A stretch of DNA of 64,000 bases, from positions 62,001-126,000 of the forward strand of contig JACPAV010000003.1 of NCBI GenBank assembly GCA_016180645.1. The letters run 5' to 3'. Made by a program: the position numbers and the translations under genes. Shown here in pieces: positions 1 through 8,633 of the stretch. The notes under the pieces are model-generated. The model was not told the origin of the DNA and made no database searches. It worked only from the letters and a program-made list of their open reading frames with translations. Positions within the stretch are counted from its first letter, which is position 1, and the number at the start of each line of letters is the position of its first letter. The DNA is from Nitrospirota bacterium (GTDB lineage Bacteria; JACPQY01).

Positions 1-44
1 TCGCGGATCATTCCGCAACACGCCGGAACCCGTTCGGAGGCCTT

Positions 45-809
45 GTGACGGCCATTCGCACGCTGACCATCCTTCCATCCCCCGGCGCGGATGCCGTGAA
101 ACTCTCGGATGCGCTCCCCTGGTTTCCCATCGTGGGCTTGGCGTTGGGAATGCTGCTCTACGCCGGGATCCGGATGCTCGATTTCATGGCGGGCGACCGC
201 TGGCCGGAAGGCATCGCCGCGGCAACGATCGTGGCCGGAACGATATTGACCGGCGGCCTGCACCTGGACGGCCTGGCGGATTGGGCCGACAGCCTCGGCG
301 GCGGGGGCAACCGTCAAAGAATGCTGGACATCATGAAGGACTCGCGGACGGGAGCGTTCGGTGTCATCGCCGTGGTGAGCGTCATCCTGCTGAAATGGAT
401 CGCGCTCTCCCGGCTGATTTCGTTGCACCTCGCCATTTGGATGGTCGCCGCCTACGTTGTATCGAGGTGCATGCAGGCGGATCTCGCGGGCCGCTTGCCC
501 TACGCGCGGATCGACGGAACGGCCGCCCCGTTCATCCACCCGGCCGGCATGGCTCGCCGCGCCGTCATTCTTGGCTCCGGCCTGTCGATCATGCTCCTCC
601 TCTGCGGATTTGCCGGAGGCGCGATTTTTCTGGTCGGTGGGCTGGCAGCGTGGCTGTTCGGACGATGGTGCCTGCTCCGCCTTGCCGGGGTCACCGGGGA
701 CCTCCTCGGAGCGTGCAGCGAATGGACCGAAGTTTTGACCCTCTTCCTCTGCGCCTTCGCGGGCGAAAAAATCATCCCTTGGAGTCGATCACTCTGGTCG
801 CTCCCATAA
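45..809 (+). CDS. cobS: Adenosylcobinamide-GDP ribazoletransferase (cobalamin synthase)
   Basis: Hydrophobic protein with TGGLHLDGLADWAD, MKDSRTGAFG and GVTGDLLGA motifs; the GTG start overlaps an upstream TGA. Confidence 0.95.
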   Translation: MTAIRTLTILPSPGADAVKLSDALPWFPIVGLALGMLLYAGIRMLDFMAGDRWPEGIAAATIVAGTILTGGLHLDGLADWADSLGGGGNRQRMLDIMKDSRTGAFGVIAVVSVILLKWIALSRLISLHLAIWMVAAYVVSRCMQADLAGRLPYARIDGTAAPFIHPAGMARRAVILGSGLSIMLLLCGFAGGAIFLVGGLAAWLFGRWCLLRLAGVTGDLLGACSEWTEVLTLFLCAFAGEKIIPWSRSLWSLP

Positions 810-852
810 GTAAAACCGTAAAGATTCATATGCTACGAAAGGAGAATCAAAC

Positions 853-2019
853 ATGAGAAAACTCACATCCCGTCTTGGCTTAATCCTATTTACCGCATTC
901 CTGCTGGGCATCGGATGCGCGGAGAAGGAGAAAACCGGCGGCCTCGCCCCCTCGAAGGGCGCGGTCATCGTCACAACGGATTTCGGCGGAAGCGGAACCG
1001 TGGCCTCGCTGAGCCTCGGTCCCGACCCCGCCCTTTGGAGCCTGAGCGACAAGCTCGAACTGGTCTCCAGCGATCCTACGGTCCGCGTTTTCGGGTCGAG
1101 GGTCTACGTGATCAATCGTTTCGGAGCCGACAACATTCAGTTGCTCGACCCGAACAACAATTATCTCACCGCCGGTCAATACTCCATCGGCAAAGGGGCC
1201 AATCCGCATGATATCCTTGAGCTCAGCGCGACGAAGGCTTACGTCACGCGGTTCGAGCCACCCTACGATGACATCCTGATCGTGAATCCGACCACCGGAG
1301 ATGAGCTGGGTACGATTTCCCTCAAGGGGGTGTCCGGTCTCAACAAAACGTCCACGCCCCGACCGCACCAGATGATCAAGGTGGACGACCGGGTCTACGT
1401 GATCCTTCAGAATCTCGACAGTGCTTTTTCGGAGACGGGGAACAGCCTCCTGGCCGTCATCGATCCGGCGTCGGATGCCCTGATCGATGCGGATCCTGCC
1501 ACTCCCGAAATCGATACCATCGACCTCGGACTCAAGAACGCGAGTGGAAATGCCCTCTACAAAGATGAGGTCTTCATCGCCGGGGCGGGCGACTACCTCG
1601 CTCAGAATCCGGCGGCGGAAGCCGGCGTCGTGGCGGTGAATGTAAAGACGCATGCCGTTCGCACGATCATCGGCGGTGCCGCGCTTTCCGGAAGACCGGG
1701 AGAGGATTTGGCCGTCACGGAGTCCGGCCGAGGTTATCTCGCCGTTACCGATTCCGCCTACCCTGCAACGTTCAAACCGTCCCTTCTGGAATTCGACGCC
1801 GCGACAGGATCCTTGGGCGCGGCCATATACACGGGCAGCTCGACGGCCTCCGCCCTTCAGTCGTTCGAATTGGACAGCCGAGGCCACCTCTTGATCCTGG
1901 ACCGCGATCCCGCGAACCCCGGGGTGGTGGTTGTGGACACGAAAACCCGCGCCACCATTGGGGATCGGTTTCCCACAAGCATTCCCCCGGCCGCCATCGC
2001 AATCGTATCGGAGGAATGA
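853..2019 (+). CDS. Beta-propeller lipoprotein (YncE/BtuG-like) in the cobalamin uptake operon
   Basis: AAGGAG RBS, lipobox LGIGC, repeated blade-like segments (RVYVINR, KAYVTR, RVYVILQ); lies between cobS and btuF-like genes. Confidence 0.7.
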   Translation: MRKLTSRLGLILFTAFLLGIGCAEKEKTGGLAPSKGAVIVTTDFGGSGTVASLSLGPDPALWSLSDKLELVSSDPTVRVFGSRVYVINRFGADNIQLLDPNNNYLTAGQYSIGKGANPHDILELSATKAYVTRFEPPYDDILIVNPTTGDELGTISLKGVSGLNKTSTPRPHQMIKVDDRVYVILQNLDSAFSETGNSLLAVIDPASDALIDADPATPEIDTIDLGLKNASGNALYKDEVFIAGAGDYLAQNPAAEAGVVAVNVKTHAVRTIIGGAALSGRPGEDLAVTESGRGYLAVTDSAYPATFKPSLLEFDAATGSLGAAIYTGSSTASALQSFELDSRGHLLILDRDPANPGVVVVDTKTRATIGDRFPTSIPPAAIAIVSEE

Positions 2020-2023
2020 TCGC

Positions 2024-2872
2024 TTGAGGTGCTTTGCCGTCGTCGTCGGCCTTCTCCTCTCGTGGATGGGGCCCGCCCGATCCGAGGCCGCGGAGCAATC
2101 CGCCCCGACCCCCCCCCGAAGGATCGTGTCGCTTCTTCCATCAATCACAGAACTCATGTTCGACCTCGGAGCGGGCGACCGGGTCGTCGGGATCAGCGAC
2201 TATTGCATGGTGCCCGCCGGCAGCGGACCCTTCCCGCGCGTCGGCGGGCTTATCCCCAATCTGGAGATGATCGCGGAGCTCCGCCCCGATCTCATCCTGG
2301 CCGACACTTCACAGGCCCAGGGTCTGAAGCGCGCCCGGGAAATCGGCCTCCGGGTCAAGCTGACGGATTCCACCCGGGTCGGGAGTCTCGACGATTTGTT
2401 CAACCTCATCGTAGACATCGGCACGGCCGTCGGGCGGACGGTCGAGGCCCGCAAGGTGGTGCAGGGCATGAAGGAGAGATTGAAACAGTTGGAGAACAAA
2501 CTCGCCGGCAAACGCGCAACCACGGTTCTGTCCGTATTGTGGTGGGAGCCGCTCATGGTCGCAGGCCGGAGAAGTCTCCAGAATGAAATCATCCGGAGTG
2601 CCGGCGGGGTGAATGTGGCCGCTCACATGGAGAAAAGCGGGTCCTCCGTCTCGGACGAGTTCGTTATTCAGAAGAACCCCGACGTGATCATCGTGCCCGA
2701 GCCGCAGGATCTGGCCATCGCGAAATCGCGCCCCGGCTGGAGTGTGCTTTCCGCGGCGCGCACGGGCCGCGTGGTGGCTGTGAAGAACAACCTCATCGGC
2801 CACTACGGGCCGCGCCTGGTGGAAGGCATCGAGGAGCTGGCCAAGGTTCTTCACCCGGAGGAGAAGTGGTGA
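2024..2872 (+). CDS. btuF: Cobalamin ABC transporter substrate-binding protein
   Basis: RIVSLLPSITE...GAGDRVVGISDYC, PNLEMIAELRPDL, GPRLVEGIEELA; start moved to TTG 2024, which precedes a signal peptide. Confidence 0.85.
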   Translation: MRCFAVVVGLLLSWMGPARSEAAEQSAPTPPRRIVSLLPSITELMFDLGAGDRVVGISDYCMVPAGSGPFPRVGGLIPNLEMIAELRPDLILADTSQAQGLKRAREIGLRVKLTDSTRVGSLDDLFNLIVDIGTAVGRTVEARKVVQGMKERLKQLENKLAGKRATTVLSVLWWEPLMVAGRRSLQNEIIRSAGGVNVAAHMEKSGSSVSDEFVIQKNPDVIIVPEPQDLAIAKSRPGWSVLSAARTGRVVAVKNNLIGHYGPRLVEGIEELAKVLHPEEKW

Positions 2873-3882
2873 TGCCGCCCTCTTTGAATCTCAGGATGAA
2901 ATTGTTTCGCGTCGTGCTCGTGATGGGAGGAGTCCTCGTCCTCGCGGCTGCGGCGGCCGTCACGGTCGGCACCGTGGAAATAGGTCCGGCCGACATTCTA
3001 CGGTCTCTTCTCTTCCCGGACCCGGCCGGCAATTCCGCGAGGGACCTGATCATCCGTCAGCTCCGACTGCCGCGCGTCGTCATGGCGATCATCGTCGGGG
3101 CGTCGCTCGCCTCCGTGGGGGCCTCGCTCCAGTCGCTCCTTCGGAATCCACTCGCCGATCCATACCTCCTGGGGGTATCCAGCGGCGCGGCCCTCGGCGC
3201 GGTGATCGGAATTGAAATCGGGGTGGGAGCGTCAACGGGCTTCGCCTTCGCGGGCGCTCTGGCCGCCACTGTGCTCGTCTTCGTGCTCGCCACCCGGCAC
3301 CATCGACTCGATCCGCAGACTCTGCTTCTGGCCGGAGTGGTCCTCAATTCCATTCTCGGCGCCGCGATGACCCTCGTGATGATTTTCCTTCAGCCCCATC
3401 AGATCCAATCGGTGGTCTACTGGCTGCTGGGGAACATCCGGCCCGCGGGATGGGCCCCGTTGGCATTTCTTTCGCTCGGGCTGATCGTGGGGTTCGGGCT
3501 CCTTTTTTCGCAGGCGCGGGCATTGGACCTCCTCGCCCAGGGCGAGGAATCCGCGCGACAGTTGGGGGTGCGGACGGAGCGGTGCAAGGTCATCGTCCTC
3601 TTCGCTTCCGCGCTGCTCACCACGCTCGCCGTGTCGTTCAACGGCCTCATCGGGTTCGTCGGATTGATCGTTCCCCACGCCGCGCGATTCTTGTTCGGAC
3701 CCGACAACCGCCTGCTCGTTCCCGCCTCGGCCCTTCTGGGCGCAGGGGTTCTGGTATGCGCGGACACACTCGCGCGGACGGTTCTTTCGCCCACCGAACT
3801 GCCCGTGGGCGCATTGACGGCTCTCGCGGGCGGCCCCTTCTTCCTTCTCCTCCTCCGCAAGGGACGACGAATTCTCCCATGA
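2866..3882 (+). CDS. btuC: FecCD/BtuC-family ABC permease
   Basis: LRLPRV, LRNPLADPYLLGVSSGA, IGFVGLIVPH, ELPVG motifs. Confidence 0.9.
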   Translation: MVMPPSLNLRMKLFRVVLVMGGVLVLAAAAAVTVGTVEIGPADILRSLLFPDPAGNSARDLIIRQLRLPRVVMAIIVGASLASVGASLQSLLRNPLADPYLLGVSSGAALGAVIGIEIGVGASTGFAFAGALAATVLVFVLATRHHRLDPQTLLLAGVVLNSILGAAMTLVMIFLQPHQIQSVVYWLLGNIRPAGWAPLAFLSLGLIVGFGLLFSQARALDLLAQGEESARQLGVRTERCKVIVLFASALLTTLAVSFNGLIGFVGLIVPHAARFLFGPDNRLLVPASALLGAGVLVCADTLARTVLSPTELPVGALTALAGGPFFLLLLRKGRRILP

Positions 3883-4748
3883 TCCCACCACCTCTGAAAT
3901 CTCAAACCTCGAATGTCAATTCTCAGATGGGTGGTGGGACGCCCCCACCCCCGGAGATCGTCCTGGATCACTTGCGCTACTCCCACTCGCGGCCGGGACG
4001 ATCCTTCTCCACGCCGCTACTCGATGAGATCACCCTTTCCATCCGGCCCTCCGAGACGGTTGGGATCGTCGGTCCAAATGGAACCGGCAAGACCACATTG
4101 CTCCGATTGATCTCCGGGGTGCTCCGTCCTCTCGCCGGTCGAATCATCGTCGGCGGCCGCGATCTTCACCACTGGAGGCCCCGGGCTCTGGCTCAGACCA
4201 TCGCCGTCATGCCGCAGGAATTCTCCGTGATGTTTCCCTACACCGTGGAAGAGATCGTCCTAACCGGCCGCGCGCCCTATCGCAACGGCCTCGGTTGGGA
4301 AACGGAGGAGGACTACTCCATCGTTGACAAAGTTCTCGAGCGGACGGACCTTGGAAACCTTCGGCGCAAGCCCTTCCCCGACCTTAGCGCCGGCGAGAAG
4401 GGCCGCGTTCTGCTCGCGCGCGCGCTGGCTCAACAGGCCCCGGTCCTGCTCCTTGATGAGCCGACCGAGAGCCTGGACCTGCGATACCGGGTGCGTCTGT
4501 TGGATAAAATCATGGAACTCCGTGAGACTCGCGGCATGACGCTGGTCATCGTATCCCACGACGTCAACCTGATCGCCGAGTACTGCCCGCGGGTCATCTT
4601 GCTCCACGGCGGCCGCGTGGTCGGCGATGGTCCGGTGGATTCAACTCTCACCCCGGCTACGCTGAAGGAAGTTTTCGAGGTGGACGTGATCCGGGGCGAA
4701 CATCCCCTGACCCACTCCCCCCATTTCTTCCTCGCTCCCCGCTCATGA
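3879..4748 (+). CDS. btuD: ABC transporter ATP-binding protein (BtuD/FepC-like)
   Basis: Walker A GPNGTGKT, LSAGE signature, LLLDEPT; ATGA overlap with the permease stop. Confidence 0.88.
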   Translation: MIPPPLKSQTSNVNSQMGGGTPPPPEIVLDHLRYSHSRPGRSFSTPLLDEITLSIRPSETVGIVGPNGTGKTTLLRLISGVLRPLAGRIIVGGRDLHHWRPRALAQTIAVMPQEFSVMFPYTVEEIVLTGRAPYRNGLGWETEEDYSIVDKVLERTDLGNLRRKPFPDLSAGEKGRVLLARALAQQAPVLLLDEPTESLDLRYRVRLLDKIMELRETRGMTLVIVSHDVNLIAEYCPRVILLHGGRVVGDGPVDSTLTPATLKEVFEVDVIRGEHPLTHSPHFFLAPRS

Positions 4749-4753
4749 CTTTG

Positions 4754-4807
4754 GTAGCCGCGGCCTTTAGGCCGCGCGCCCAGTCGCAGGCTGAAGCCTG
4801 CGGCTAC
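4754..4807. repeat. GTAG-type REP doublet
   Basis: GTAGCCGCGGCCTTTAGGCCGCG followed by inverted CGCAGGCTGAAGCCTGCGGCTAC, between convergent genes. Confidence 0.75.
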
Positions 4808-4829
4808 CCTGCCATGCCGCTAGGAGCTC

Positions 4830-5291
4830 CTACCCCTTCCCGGTCCCTTCCTCAATCGGAGGCAGGCCGAGCGGAGCGCGAAGTTTGGGATACGCGGCGC
4901 CCAGGAGGTACGTTCCCACTAGAGCGCCGGCCAGAGCCGCGATCGCGTAGACTTTTCCCTCGCCCATGTTCACAAAGATCGGACCGGGGCACATGCCGGT
5001 GATGGACCAGCCTATTCCGAAAAGAATTCCCCCGACGAGATTGCCGCGATGCCTCGGCTTCGGCTTGATGCCCAGCGGTTCTCCGCGGACGGTCTTTCCG
5101 TATCGCTTGAGAAGCCACAATCCCGGTGCGGTCACGATCACCGCCGTCCCGATGATTCCGTAAAGCTGAAAGCTCCTGAAGAGAAACATGTTCTGGATGT
5201 AGTCGTAATCCGCCGCCCCACTCCGACTCAGCACGAGCCCGAACGCAACGCCGAGGACGAGATACACTAAAACCATCCGTCTACGCTCCAA
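4830..5291 (-). CDS. YeeE/YedE-family sulfur transport protein
   Basis: GGILFGIGWSITGMCPGP motif. Confidence 0.85.
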   Translation of the reverse strand: MERRRMVLVYLVLGVAFGLVLSRSGAADYDYIQNMFLFRSFQLYGIIGTAVIVTAPGLWLLKRYGKTVRGEPLGIKPKPRHRGNLVGGILFGIGWSITGMCPGPIFVNMGEGKVYAIAALAGALVGTYLLGAAYPKLRAPLGLPPIEEGTGKG

Positions 5292-5787
5292 GAAGCAACC
5301 GGTAGATCAGGTTCGTCACCACGGCGCCCGCCGCCATGAAACTCACCGTGGACACAATGCTCCCGATTTCAAAATTCGAAATCCCGAAGATGCCGTGCCC
5401 GCTCGTGCAGCCGCCCGCCAATCGCGTTCCAAAGCCGATGAACAGACCCCCCACGAACATCCAGGCGATCTTGGCCGCGTGGCTCGATCCGATGAAGGTG
5501 TCGAACATCCCCAGTGCCCACAACGGATCCCACGTCCCGCTTAGATTGCTCGAAAGCACTCCGGCCAACACCAAGCCGACGAGAAACGGTAATCGCCAGT
5601 TCCCCGCCCCCTTCAAGTCCGGTTTCTGGAAGAAAGGCAGTCGGCTCCCCAAGGCGCACAAATTCTCGAAGCCCGTGGAAATCCCAAGGCTGCGATTGCT
5701 CACGAAGAGCAGCCCCAGCGTGATCAACCCAATCAGCGCGCCCGCCACCGCCCAATGGAGCGGTTGAACGCCGTGAAGAATCAGCAT
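5281..5787 (-). CDS. YeeE/YedE-family sulfur transport protein
   Basis: GGLFIGFGTRLAGGCTSGHGI motif. Confidence 0.9.
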   Translation of the reverse strand: MLILHGVQPLHWAVAGALIGLITLGLLFVSNRSLGISTGFENLCALGSRLPFFQKPDLKGAGNWRLPFLVGLVLAGVLSSNLSGTWDPLWALGMFDTFIGSSHAAKIAWMFVGGLFIGFGTRLAGGCTSGHGIFGISNFEIGSIVSTVSFMAAGAVVTNLIYRLLLGA

Positions 5788-5875
5788 GTCGCCATTGTGT
5801 CAGTGGAGGGAGTAAAATACCAGATGGTCATTCCCTTTCGTTGTGATGTGAACGGGAAAACAGTACAGTACGCCG

Positions 5876-6403
5876 ATGCCTGACAAGGCGCATGGGATCA
5901 TCGCCGTCTATTCGGGGAACGGCAAAGGGAAGACCACGGCGGCCCTCGGCTGCGCCCTCCGCGCGCTGGGACACGACATGAAAGTCCTCGTCGTCGAGTT
6001 CGTGAAACACATCGGGCGCAGCGGGGAACACAAGATCGCTGAAAAAATCGGCAACTTCAGTTTCTATGCCCCACCCGATCCATCCGTGGCGCTGGGATCA
6101 CCGCAGGACCGCGAGGATCTCCGGGCCAAGCAGGCCTGGGAATTTGCCAAGGAGAAGATCCACAGCCGTGAATTCGACATGATCATCCTGGACGCCATCA
6201 ACAACGCCATCGACGCCGGCCACCTCGAAATCAGCGACGTCATCAATCTCATGCGCGCCAAGCCAAGGGCGCTGCACCTCTTCCTGACCGGGAAGAACGC
6301 GAAGCCCGAAGTCATCGACCACGCCGATCTCGTGACGGACATGCAGGCCGTGCGCCACCACAACCAGCGCGGCATCAAGGCCCAACGCGGGATTGAATTC
6401 TAG
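5876..6403 (+). CDS. cobO: Cob(I)yrinic acid a,c-diamide adenosyltransferase, divergent
   Basis: YSGNGKGKTTAALG P-loop and C-terminal AQRGIEF; several consensus residues are altered. Confidence 0.85.
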   Translation: MPDKAHGIIAVYSGNGKGKTTAALGCALRALGHDMKVLVVEFVKHIGRSGEHKIAEKIGNFSFYAPPDPSVALGSPQDREDLRAKQAWEFAKEKIHSREFDMIILDAINNAIDAGHLEISDVINLMRAKPRALHLFLTGKNAKPEVIDHADLVTDMQAVRHHNQRGIKAQRGIEF

Positions 6404-6563
6404 TGCGGCGTTGAACATGTCCTGCAAGAGATCCCTCACTCACGCGCCGCACGGTAGCCCCGCTCCCATGCCGGAATTCCGAATAAAGGCGGGGCGTATG
6501 TACCGTGTTGACGCCGGAAGCCCGTACAGGGAATCTTGCGGGACTTACTCAACACGGTACTAG
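6400..6563. mobile_element. MITE-like element with imperfect inverted ends
   Basis: Left end CTAGTGCGGCGTTGAACATGTCCTGCAAGAGATCCC vs reverse complement of right end CTAGTACCGTGTTGAGTAAGTCCCGCAAGATTCCC; CTAG at both ends. Confidence 0.5.
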
Positions 6564-6565
6564 CT

Positions 6566-6925
6566 TCAGGTTTTCGTTTGAGCCGAACGCACTTTCTCCT
6601 CCCGGATTTCCTGGGTCCAGCTTTTGGTGCGAGCGAGTGCGCCCTCGTGTTCGGCTTCCTTCGTCATGCCCTTCTTCTGATAGATGATGGATAGATTGGT
6701 GTGCGGAAGGACGGCATCCGGGGTGGCCTCGGCCCATTTCTTCGCCGCTTCGAGCGCATCGTCGAGCCGATCCAAACGGATGAGCGCCTGTGTCAGTCCT
6801 TCCAAGACCTCGGGATCACCCGGCTGAATCCGCAGTGAGGCCTCGAAGGCGGCCACCGCATGAGCGAACCGGTCCTCCAAGAGGTGCTCCATACCCTCCA
6901 TGTAGAGCTGATCGCGATCGGCCAA
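6566..6925 (-). CDS. Tetratricopeptide repeat protein
   Basis: TPR-like helices (AVAAFEASLRIQPGDPE, PHTNLSIIYQKKG). Confidence 0.8.
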   Translation of the reverse strand: MADRDQLYMEGMEHLLEDRFAHAVAAFEASLRIQPGDPEVLEGLTQALIRLDRLDDALEAAKKWAEATPDAVLPHTNLSIIYQKKGMTKEAEHEGALARTKSWTQEIREEKVRSAQTKT

Positions 6926-6938
6926 GACGATGCCCCGA

Positions 6939-7247
6939 CTACTCTTCGATTCCCAACCTTTTTTTGCCTTCCGGAGTGATCATCGAAGGATGCCACTGGG
7001 GTTCCCAAACCACGTCCACGTTGACCTTTGTGACGCCGGGAACGTTCATGGCCGTATCCTGCACCATGCCCGGGAGCATCTGCGCGGCCGGGCACCCCTG
7101 CGTAGTCATGGTCATCTTGACGTTGACTTCGGAGCCTTCCCCGATCAACGCGACATCGTAAATGAGACCGAGATCCACGATGTTCACGGGGATCTCCGGA
7201 TCGTAAACGCCTTTCAGCGATTCCATCACTTCTTCTTTCGTCGGCAT
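6939..7247 (-). CDS. Metal-sulfur cluster assembly factor (DUF59/SufT-like)
   Basis: VYDPEIPVNIVDLGLIY, TTQGCP, VWEPQW; GGAGG RBS. Confidence 0.92.
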   Translation of the reverse strand: MPTKEEVMESLKGVYDPEIPVNIVDLGLIYDVALIGEGSEVNVKMTMTTQGCPAAQMLPGMVQDTAMNVPGVTKVNVDVVWEPQWHPSMITPEGKKRLGIEE

Positions 7248-7265
7248 GGTTACCTCCCTGCCTGA

Positions 7266-8510
7266 TTAGGATGGCATTCTATCAATTTGCCCCCGCCCTC
7301 TCAACGAAGACCGGAATACCCAGAGCACACCCAGTCCGGTAACGACGAGCAGGCCCGCAACCGAGTGATAGGCGCCGGTGAAGCCCAGCCTCGCCACGAG
7401 CACGCCGGTGAAAAACTGACCGGAGGCGTGCCCCACGTCCGTGACCGAACCGAACAGTCCCATCGCCGATCCGAGGGCGTAGGCTTTGCACAAGTCGGCC
7501 ACCTGCGCCGAGGTGGACGTGTGCGTAATGGCTTCCCCCACACCGTAGATCAGCGCCAGTGCATAGAGAGGGATCAATCGCGAGGCGAACGGCAAGGCGT
7601 AGAAAGCTCCGGCAGAGAGCCCCAGGCCGGCCACGATCATCAGAACACGGCTTGAACGATCGGAAAGCCTGCCCATGAGCGGGCGGGAGACAAGCGATGC
7701 AAGCGATTGGACGCCGAAAAACAGGCCGATCGCCGCCGGCGGGTGTCCCAGCGAGGCCGCATAGAGTGGGACAAATGCTTGGAGTGCGCCCAGCGCAAAA
7801 AGCTGCACGGACTGCGCGGAGCAGATCATCATGACCTGGCGATTGAAAACGATTTCCCTGAGTCCTGACCCAAATCGCCTCCGGATCTCCGTTCCGATGG
7901 GCAGCTTCGGCGAAGGCTGCATGGCCCTCTCCGCACCGTTCGCCGAAGGACCCGAAGCGCGAACGAACAGCACGGCCAGGGCAAAGGCCACAAGTCCCGA
8001 TATTCCGCAGAGCAGGTACGCGGATGTAAATCCGTACTGGCTTAGCGCGACGCCTCCAAGGGCGGGCCCGATGGATTTCCCCGTTTGAACGCAGGCGGTG
8101 TACCACCCGATGCCCTCGGCACGCCGATCCTTGAAGAGGCCTGCGACCACCGCCATCGCCGTGGGACCGTACACCGCGGTGGAGAATCCGTGAAGGGTGC
8201 GGAGCACGAGGAGCGATTCCGGAGAATCGGCCACGAAATAGAAGAACGGCGTGAAGGCGAAGAAACAAATGCCGGCGAGGACCACCCACCGCCGCCCGAC
8301 CACATCCGAGATCACTCCGGAGGGCAGCTTCACGAAAATCCCCACGGCGGTCGACGCCGCCATAATCAGACCGATCGTCTCCGGCCCTGATCCCAAGTCC
8401 TTCGCCAGGAGCGGAGTCATGGGGGTGCGCGACCACTCGTAGCTCATGAACGCGAAGAAGGCGACGGAGCAGAGGAGGACGAAGGGGTTCATGGATCTGA
8501 GGCCATCCAA
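7266..8510 (-). CDS. MFS transporter
   Basis: Motif A GVISDVVGRR and GRLSDRSSR; about 12 hydrophobic segments. Confidence 0.9.
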   Translation of the reverse strand: MDGLRSMNPFVLLCSVAFFAFMSYEWSRTPMTPLLAKDLGSGPETIGLIMAASTAVGIFVKLPSGVISDVVGRRWVVLAGICFFAFTPFFYFVADSPESLLVLRTLHGFSTAVYGPTAMAVVAGLFKDRRAEGIGWYTACVQTGKSIGPALGGVALSQYGFTSAYLLCGISGLVAFALAVLFVRASGPSANGAERAMQPSPKLPIGTEIRRRFGSGLREIVFNRQVMMICSAQSVQLFALGALQAFVPLYAASLGHPPAAIGLFFGVQSLASLVSRPLMGRLSDRSSRVLMIVAGLGLSAGAFYALPFASRLIPLYALALIYGVGEAITHTSTSAQVADLCKAYALGSAMGLFGSVTDVGHASGQFFTGVLVARLGFTGAYHSVAGLLVVTGLGVLWVFRSSLRGRGQIDRMPS

Positions 8511-8517
8511 AGAATGA

Positions 8518-8582
8518 CGCGGGCTGAAGCCACGCGGCTACCCAAGAGTCGAATCCGAGGTAGGCGCAGGCTTAAGCCTGCG
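8518..8582. repeat. Two GTAG-type REP palindromes
   Basis: CGCGGGCTGAAGCCACGCGGCTAC and GTAGGCGCAGGCTTAAGCCTGCG, same family as 4754-4807. Confidence 0.7.
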
Positions 8583-8633
8583 GACATCTTGCACGAAAGT
8601 TTCATTCGGCCATATGCCCAGGGAGTCAAACGT

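Noticed and set aside
810-852. Cobalamin riboswitch before the uptake genes
   Set aside because: The gap is too short and has no B12 box; any riboswitch would lie upstream of the window.
3450-3878. Long N-terminus on the ABC ATPase
   Set aside because: It overlaps the permease in another frame; ATGA coupling at 3879 is more plausible.
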